This document shows, piece after piece, positions 43,320 to 64,000 of a stretch of DNA of 64,000 bases (positions are counted from its first letter, which is position 1; every line of letters begins with the position of its first letter). Below the pieces are notes generated by a model. The model saw only the letters and a list, made by a program, of their open reading frames with translations, was not told the origin of the DNA and did not search any database. Source of the DNA: the human T2T-CHM13v2.0 reference genome, Homo sapiens; assembly GCF_009914755.1 (NCBI RefSeq), contig NC_060927.1, one strand, 5' to 3'. The position numbers and the translations under genes were made by a program.

Positions 43320-44978
43320 ACTGGAAGAATCAATACAGTGAAAATAGCCATACTGGCATTTTTAAGTAATTTATAGATTCAATACTATGCCTATTAAACT
43401 ACCATTAACATCTTCACAGAATTAGAAAAAACTATTTTAAAATTCATATGGAACCAAAAAAGAGCCCATATGGCCAAGACAATCCTAAACAAAAAGAACA
43501 AAGTTGGAGGCATCATGCTACCCTACTTCAAACTATACTACAAGGCTACAGTAACCAAAACAGCATGGTACTGCTACAAAAGCAGACATATAGACCAACG
43601 GAACAGAATGGAGAACTCAAAAATAAGACTGCACATCTACAACCATCTGATCATCAACAAACCTGACAAAAACAAGCAATGGGGAAAGGATTCCCTACTT
43701 AATAGTGTTGGGAGAACTGGTGAGCCATATGCAGAAAATTGAAACGGGACCCCTTCCTTACACCATAGACAAAAATCAACTCAGGATAATTAAAGGCTTA
43801 AATGTAAAACCCAAAACTATAAAAACCCTAGAAGAAAATCTAAGCAATACCATTCAGCACATACACACAGGCAAAGATTTCATGATGAAAATGTCAAAAG
43901 CAATTGTAACGAAAGCAAAACTTAACAAATGGAATCCAATTAAACTAAAGAGCTTCTGCACAGCAAAAGAAATTATCATCAGAGCAAACAGACAACCTAC
44001 AAAATGAGAGAAAAATTTTGCAATCTCTCCATCTGACAAAGGGCTAATATCCAGAGTCTACAAGGAACTTAAATTGACAAAAAAACAAACAACCCCATTA
44101 ATAAGTGGGCAAAGGACATGAACACAAACTTCTCAAAAGAAGACATTTATGCAGCCAACAAACGTATGAAAAAAAGTCAACATCACTGATCGTTAGAGAA
44201 ATGCAAATCAAAACTACAGTGAGATACCATCTCATGCCAGTCAGAATGGCGATTATTAAAAAGTCAAGAAACAACACATGCTGGCAAGACTGTGGAGAAA
44301 TAGGAACAATTTTACACTGTTGGTGGAAATGCAAATTAGTTCAACCATTGTGGAAGACAGTGTGGCGATTCCTCAAAGACCTAGAACCAGAAATACCATT
44401 TGACCCAGCAATCACATTTCTGCATATATACCCAAAGGAAAATAAATCATTCAATTATAAAGATACACACACATATATGTTCACTGCAGCACTATTCACA
44501 ATAGCAAAGAGATGGAATCAACCCAAATGCCCATCATTGATAGACTGAATAAAGAAATGTGGTACATATAAACCATGGAATACTATAAAGCCATAAAAAG
44601 GAATGAGATCATGTCCTTTGCAGGGGCATGGATGGAACTGGAAGCCATTACACTTGGCAAACGAATGCAGGAACAGAAAATCAAACACCACATGTACTCA
44701 CTTATAAGTGGGTGCTGAACAATGAGAACACATGGACACAGGGAGGGGAGCAACACACACTGGGGCCTGTCAGATGGCAGGGGGATGCAGGGAGACAGAG
44801 CATCAGGAAAAATAGCTAATGCACGCTAGATTTAATACCTAGGTGATGGGTTGATAGATGCAGCAAACCACTATGGCACACGTTTACCTATGAAACAAAC
44901 CTGCACATACCGCACGTGTACCCTAGAACTTGAAACAAAATTTAAAAATATTAAGAATATTAAAATTCAAAAAAAATG
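43320..44978 (+). mobile_element. 5'-truncated older L1PA (about PA13-15) inserted in a MIR
   Basis: ORF2 C-terminal fragments (43470..43742, 44105..44548), 3'UTR, and GAAAAATGAG on both flanks. Confidence 0.85.
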
Positions 44979-45543
44979 AAAAATGAGGCTTAGAGAAAGT
45001 ATATAGCTCAAAGTTATACAAATAATAACAGGCAGAGCCAAGAGCTGACACTCAAGACCAGGTCTGACTGACTGTAAAGCACATGCTGGAAAACTTTGCC
45101 AGAATTGGGTTACCTCTGTTTGCTTTTATATTTCCCAAATTTTCTATAATGGACCTATGTTACTCTTAAAAATGGGGGGAAAAGTATTTCAAGTTACATT
45201 TAGAATATTTTACTTATTCAGAAGCTAAAACTCCAGATGAGAATGCATACTGGCCAACGACTTGATTACAGCTTTGGAAGACCCTAAGCAAAGAATCTAA
45301 CTAAGCCATGTCCAAACTCACAACCCACAGAAATTGTGAAATGATAAATAGTAATTGTTTTAGGCCACTAAATCTGTGGTAATTTACTACCTGTGTACAG
45401 TAGGATAACACAGGTATAGTTAAGCTGCTATCCCATCTTTGCCCTTCTCTTGCCATCCAGCTTCATGAAAAGGTACACTTTAGCACCTGTATTTACTAAT
45501 CCTTAGTTCTACCTCCAAGTTTTATTAATTACAAAAACTCTGA

Positions 45544-45869
<326 letters not shown>

Positions 45870-46294
45870 TCTTCTATTCTTTTCTCCTTTTCTTCACAGG
45901 CTCTATTGTCCTCCTCCACACAAACAATTTAATCAAGGATTTCCACCCAGTTCTATCTCAGTTCTCATTCTTCTTGTCTTTCCATTAGATACCCTCTCCT
46001 TTCATTCAATAATTATTTGGGGGAGTGCAGCACACACCAGGCACTGGCTAGGCATTAGAGATACAAGTAAACAAGTAAACTAAGTAAACTAAATAAACTA
46101 AGATATTAGTAAACAAGTCTAATATGGTGCCAGCTCTCATGGAGCTGCTTTCTTGATCACAAAGGGGCAGTTCACATCCTCCCTCAGTGACCTCACCAAC
46201 TCCCTTGAGCAAAGCTATGAATGTATGGACAAACAAACACACTGTGAAAATGAGTCCCAAATCAATGATTCACACCTTTCCTCAAAACTTCAAA

Positions 46295-46605
46295 CACAGT
46301 GGCTCGCATCTGTAATCCCAGCAACTCGGGAGGCTGAGGCTGGAGGATCGCTTGAGGCAGGAAGCTCAAGACCAGCCTGTGCAACATAGCAAGACCCTGT
46401 CTCTAAAAAAAAAATTTTTTTTAATTAGCCAGGAGTGGCAGTGAGTGCCTATAGTTTCAGCTACTCAGGAGGCTGAGGTGGGAGGACTGCTTGAGCCCAG
46501 GAATTGGAGGCTGCAGTGAGCTACGATGGCGCCCCTGCACTCCAGCCTAGGTGACAAAGTGAGGCTCTGTCTCTTAAAATAAACAAACAAAAACAAAACA
46601 AAAAC
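46295..46605 (+). mobile_element. AluJ
   Basis: Diverged dimer with (CAAA/CAAAA)n tail. Confidence 0.85.
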
Positions 46606-48035
46606 ACCAAATGCTCATTTCTAACTACCTACTATATACATCTCCCAAATATCACAAATACAGTATATCAAAATACAGCTCATCATCATACCCCAAATCT
46701 CTACTTGCTGATATATAACTGGTTGACTCGATAAATATGTTCAATTAAGCTGAATTTACAGAATTACAATCCTAGTTGCTCCAATTTAAAACCTCAGCAT
46801 CACCTCTGTTCCTTATCTCTTAGTGAATCAGATAACAGAATCTATTAACTTTTTCCCTAAAAATCTCTCTTGCCCGCTCTTCTCCATCTCTACTAAAAAT
46901 ATTTTTGTTCAGGCTCTCATTATTCTAATTAGTCTCCCTTTCACTCTTCACTCACTGACTTCATCATCCATCTATTAATGTAACTAATATTTTGAAGCAC
47001 CATCTAAAAGCGAGGCACCAGATATAACAAGAAAGTAGAATAGTCTATGCCCTTGCAGAGTTAAGAGTTTCTAAGAGGACCGCAATTAAACAAGTATTTA
47101 CAACAAAAGGGCAGCATGGGAAGTAAATTCTGTGTGCCATGAAAGTACCTAACTAACTCTATGCAGTAAGTAAAAGCTTCTCCTCTCTGTAATACCCCCA
47201 AAAATGTTTGCACTGAGAGCTAAAATACGAATAAAAGTTAGAAGCAGGGGAAAGAATATTCCAGGCAAGGGAAAATGCATTTACGAAGAGTTTGAGAAGT
47301 TCAGTTCAATTAACAAAGATCTGAGAGGGTGAGAGGTTAAAGGAAGAAAGGCAGACAGCAGATTGTAGTCTTGTGAGCCACAGCAATCTGAACACCTAAG
47401 ACCATAGGAAACCACTGAAGAATTTTAAAAGGGATAGTTATGACTGGACTTAGTAAATCCACTCTGACTGGTGTGGAAAACTGATCAAAGAGAAACAAGA
47501 ACTCTTTCCAAACACTGTTGAATCAATCCTACCTAAATACATGGATAGAGAATAGATCTGAACCCTTTACCTACTTCCTCTAGATTCGGATGGCTCCCCA
47601 CTGTCAAAAGCAATCCAACTCAGCTTGGCATTCAGACCCTCTCCCCCATATGGCCCGGCTGACTTTTCTTTCCAGTGTTCTCTCACATCTCCCGCAAATC
47701 CTAAAACCAAGCTCTCGCCTCACACACAGTTGCAACCATTCTTTTCCCTCTGCTTGGAACACTCATTAGGCTCACTCTCTTCTCTACTGGGTTAACTTCC
47801 ACGGACTCCTCAAAACTCACAGGAGGAGCCTTCTGAGAAGCCCCTCTGACATCCATCGATTTAAATGACGCTCCCGGTCCCAAAGCACCCTGGATAGTTT
47901 GCCTCTCTCCTGCTACACGGTGAACTCCCCCAACGCTACAATCGAGCACCCCCAATTACCAGCTCTGTGCAAAAGCTCCCGAAAGCGGTGCGCACGCGCA
48001 TACTCGAGGTGCTCTGGCGCCACGCACAAACATAC

Positions 48036-48330
48036 CCAGACACGCACCCTGACACGTACTTGCACTCTCAAAACACAGAGCCGCGGCTGCGCTTCCTGAA
48101 GTAAGGATTCCCCAACCGGGCGCCTGGATCCCAGGCAACAGACAGATGCCACCACCGTTCTCCCCACCCTTTTGGTAGCCCTGGTCCCTAAGGCTCGTTG
48201 GGACTGCGAGCTGCAAGCCTCAGATCCATCATCTCAACCTGCCTTGCAGTCGGTCCCGACTGCCGCCGCCACCGCAGCTAAAACTTCAGGCGCCGGAACC
48301 GCGGAGCGCGCCACAGGTTAACCCAGCCAG
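48036..48330 (-). other. SPICE1: Probable non-coding exon 1 of SPICE1 (boundaries approximate)
   Basis: Lies in the only non-repeat CpG island upstream of exon 2. Candidate donors are CAA|GTACGT (exon end 48060), AGG|GTGCGT (48048) and TGG|GTATGT (48036). The TSS cannot be fixed from sequence alone. Confidence 0.6.
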
Positions 48331-48343
48331 CGGCTTCCGGGCT

Positions 48344-48357
48344 GTTGCCTGGGTTAC
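48344..48357 (-). promoter_or_regulatory. RFX X-box
   Basis: GTAACC-CA-GGCAAC on the minus strand fits the X-box consensus GTNRCC-N0-3-RGYAAC. Confidence 0.75.
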
Positions 48358-48501
48358 CAGAGCTCCGCCCCACGCCCTTGCGTATATCCGGCGAGCCCAG
48401 TGCGCAGGCGCCTCCCAAAGCCTATCTCGGGTCCTGAGTCTAAGGGAGAGAGGTTCCTCTGCAAGGTTCAGGGCAAATTATTAAAGAATAGGTATATAGC
48501 A

Positions 48502-48865
<364 letters not shown>

Positions 48866-48934
48866 TCACCAGACTTCACATATCACTTAATTTGCTTTCA
48901 TCTCTATTCATTTGTTTACAAATCTTTAGTAGTG

Positions 48935-49206
48935 GAATCCCAGCACTTTTGGAGACAGAAGCAGAAGGATTGCTTAAGCTCAGGAGTTTGAGACAAGCAT
49001 GGGCAAGATGGCGAAACCCCGTCTCTACGAAAAATTAAAAAATTAGCTGGGCGTGGGAACACGCCTGTAGTTCCAGCTACTCAGGAAGCTGAGGTGCGAG
49101 GATCGCTTGAGCCAAGGAGGGCAAAGCTGTAGTGAGCCACAGTCATACCACTTCACTCCAGCCTGGACGACAAAGCAAGACCTTGTCTCAAAAAAAAAAA
49201 AAAAAA
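48935..49206 (+). mobile_element. AluJ, slightly 5'-truncated
   Basis: Diverged dimer with A-tail. Confidence 0.85.
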
Positions 49207-50224
49207 GTTGTTTATTACAACCTACAAATGTGCGGGAGAGCTAGGTTCTATGGGGCTAAAAACAGGCAAGGTGGGAAACTTACAGCATATTAACAGACAG
49301 TTATCAATGACAAAAACATTAAAATTATGACGAGTGCTAAGAAGGAAGCACTCTAACCAAATACTTAGCTTATTATTATAGTAATATTTGAATTACTCAG
49401 GAAAGCTCAGACATGAATAGGCCAGTGGGGAAGGGGAAAGCATTCCTGCAGAGGGAGCTGCATGTGCAAAGATGTGGAAAATGCAAGGGACAGGAAGAGG
49501 TCCAGTGTGTCTGAAGTTTAGAGAACAGTGGGAACTTGCTGTGAAGGGGAGGCGCCCTGATAGGCTGGATCCACGACAGTCAGAGCTGCGTGGACCACGT
49601 TAAGAACTTTACAAAGCACTTGATTCAAAAACAGAGTTTATTTGCTCTGGTAAGACAATTTCCTCTAGCCCCTTGCTTTCTGCTGTTACAATACACCCAT
49701 GTGTGGTCTGCAAATACATGCCCAAAACCTTCTAGAGGAAAGGTACTGCCTTTAATAGTTTTCACTCTGATTGAGGAAGTTTGATGTAGATATATTTAAT
49801 AATCAACAATCATCCACTTGCTTGCATCCTCAACTCCCTGCCCCTCTCTAAATTGCTGTAATCACTTGGCAAAATGACCATATTAGCCATCCCTACTTTA
49901 CACTTACTAAGTGCTTGCACCCATGCAGCTGAATCTGAAAAAAAACACCCAATCATGCTGACTTTAAATTCATGATTACTGATGTTAAGTAGGACCTTAA
50001 AGATGCTTGAACATCTCATTACAGGTCCCTGTTCATTGATTTTCCTACATATTAGTTTTATACCTTCATTCATACCCAATGCCTTGTCTCCTATCCTCAT
50101 TCTCACACAATGACCTTGTTTCCTACTGCATTGATTACACTGAATTATTCAAAAGAGAACTTCCCTAAGCTCCCATCATTATTTTAATCCTTCTGTCACT
50201 ATCTTTACCCACAGACCTGCCTTC

Positions 50225-55150
<4,926 letters not shown>

Positions 55151-55418
55151 TATTTGGCTTTTTCTTGTTGCTCCAAATATGATCCAAATATGCTCCCCAA
55201 AGAATAAGATGTCCTGCTACTAGGTAATCCACATCCAGATTCCCCATACCCTTAATCAGAGCATTCCTGAAAGTTGCCCTTTATTTCACTATAAACCTTT
55301 CCCACTCCCTTTCCTGTCTTTGAGTCTCTGCCAAATGCTAAATCCCTTACTATGTATATCAGACTCTGAATAAATGGCCTTTGTTTATTCTCATTTGAGT
55401 GATATTCATTTATTTCCT

Positions 55419-55455
55419 CTGTGTGTCTGTGTGTGTGTATGTGTGTGTGTGTGTA
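55419..55455. repeat. (TG)n microsatellite
   Basis: Interrupted TG run. Confidence 0.85.
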
Positions 55456-55697
55456 GTTTTACTATATTGTTGGGTTTTCTTTAATATTGGGAAAACCCAT
55501 CTTGAGTACAACTATAATTTAAGATGCCTAAACTGGGATATAAATCATATGAATCTCTGGTTGGCTCTGGGGGGAAAAAAAAGTAGAGAAACTGGCAGTC
55601 ATGACCAAATCCTGACCATTCTGGGCTAACTGCTGCAGAGGTTTGTCCAACTGTTCTTTGATTGTCCTTTGAATATTCAGTCTCTCAGCCCTTTCTC

Positions 55698-55984
<287 letters not shown>

Positions 55985-55989
55985 CAGCC

Positions 55990-62590
<6,601 letters not shown>

Positions 62591-63100
62591 TGTGGAAACT
62601 TCAAGAAAACTACAGAAACAAGTGAAGCTCACACAAATGAAAACAAACAGAGGCTAATTATTCAGAGCTTGCTCTAGCAAGGGAGTTGACCACCATCACT
62701 TCTGCTTGGTAGAGACTCAAAGGCAGGAAGGGGAGTGAGAAAACTTCATAGTTATAAAAGGGGAAGGTTTCAGGTATGCTCTGACTGGATCTTGCTGTTG
62801 GAAGCTGGAGGCAGGCTAAGTAGGAGCAGGGCATTTTGTGGTTTGGGAAGCATATTTAACTTTCTCTGATTGATCCTAAGTTGGAAGCAGGGGCAAAAAT
62901 TGGGGAAATTGACTCATTGAGCAAGCTCTAATTCTTTTGGGCCATTTGCTGCAGCAGTTGTAGTTTGATTTCTTAGACTGGTTGCTGCTAAAGTGTTTTT
63001 GTTTCCTGAGCTGATTGCTGCAGAAACTGTGGGTCAGAGTTAGTTGTATTGCTATTTATGGTCTGGCCATTGCCCACTTGCATATTTAGTCTCTCACAGT
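62591..63100 (-). mobile_element. 5' LTR of the ERV1 relic (MER31/MER67-like)
   Basis: Minus strand reads ccaGtcagagcatacctg...ctttgagtctct...ctcccttgct...gcaagctctgaataa and ends TTTCCACA. Confidence 0.65.
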
Positions 63101-63139
63101 AGAATCCTGACATTGTAGATATTAAAAAAAAAAAACTGC

Positions 63140-63530
63140 CTTTAAAATCAAAACAATTGAACTCATGGAGAAAGAGAGTAGAAGGATGGTTACCAGAGGC
63201 TGGGAAGGGTAGTGGGAGAGCTGGGGGAGGAAGGTGGGGATGGTTAATGGATACCAAAAAATGGAATGAATAAGGTGTAGTATTTGATTGCACAACAGGC
63301 TATAGTCAATAATAATTTAATTGTAAATTTAAAAATCACTAAAAGAGTATAATTGGGTTGTTTGTAACATTATGGATAAATGCTTGAGGTGATGGATATC
63401 TCGTTTTCCATGATGTGATTATTATGCATTGCATGCCTGTATCAAAATATCTCATATACTCCATACATATATACACCTACTAAGTACCCACAAAAATTTA
63501 AAATAAAATTCCTTTTAAAAATAAAGAAAA
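63140..63530 (+). mobile_element. L1MA 3' end
   Basis: gaactcatggag...ggttaccagaggctggg...tacacctactaagtacccacaaaaa. Confidence 0.85.
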
Positions 63531-64000
63531 AAACCACCTACCTAATGGACCACATTTTATTTTTTAGCTATTGAACTAGCAGTCACACCATAACAGTATT
63601 TGTTCATTCAACACTTTAAACTTTTTAATGTACTTTCAAATACATCATTCTCCCTTTTATCCTTACAACAACCTTGTGATCCTGAGAGGTTAATTACTTG
63701 AGGTCACTGAATGACTTTTGGCTAGAATAAGGATTAGATAATATTACAGAGTGACTTGTAATATATAACTCAAATTGTTAGGTATAGATAATCCATACAA
63801 ATGGCTTTAAAATAAATATTTTGGGTTTCATGCTATGATGAAGGATCTGTTCCATTTGCTTCCAATTTAGTTGCGTAAAGTTGAGATAAAATCTTGAAGG
63901 AAGGGTCATAGCACCATTTAAATACCCACAGGTCTGTCATGTGGAAGAAGTATTAAGTTTATTCCTATGACTCCAGAGGGCAGAACTAGTACAAGTGAGT

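Larger units (their letters stand above)
47930..48440. promoter_or_regulatory. CpG-island promoter of SPICE1
   Basis: GC- and CpG-dense non-repeat tract. Contains ETS CCGGAAG (minus strand, 48334-48340), GC box CTCCGCCCC (~48363-48371) and NRF1-like TGCGCAGGCGC (48401-48411) and GCGCACGCGCA (47990-48000). Confidence 0.85.

Noticed and set aside
47701-48216. Several 66-86 aa ORFs in the CpG island
   Set aside because: Expected in GC-rich DNA, mostly with non-ATG starts and no recognisable protein similarity.

Overview
Primate (almost certainly human) genomic DNA. The minus strand carries the 5' half of SPICE1 (CCDC52, spindle and centriole associated protein 1): a CpG-island promoter and non-coding exon 1 at about 48.0-48.4 kb, then nine coding exons from 39771 down to 1239. 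These splice through GT-AG sites into one open frame of 385 codons ([10 protein letters not shown]...LVRYLKE), and the gene continues beyond the left edge. The rest is mostly transposon-derived: a full-length dead L1PA3/4, a 5'-inverted L1PA7/8-like element, old L1M hosts with nested insertions, about 25 Alus (one a perfect AluYa5), MaLR LTRs, DNA-transposon relics and a decayed ERV1 provirus upstream of the promoter. Repeat subfamily names come from memory of consensus sequences, not from a search. I see no new protein-coding or CRISPR-like system. The most unusual signal is a set of locally templated rearrangements. The best is an exact 278-bp inverted copy of a neighbouring L1 segment inserted into an (AT)n tract and boxed by a 37-bp perfect inverted repeat. 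There is also a 170-bp local duplication with a junction hairpin, and a nested-palindrome AT tract beside exon 8. The SPICE1 5' end is also of regulatory interest: the ATG is the first base of exon 2, there are three tandem candidate donors, a strong-context uORF and an RFX X-box.
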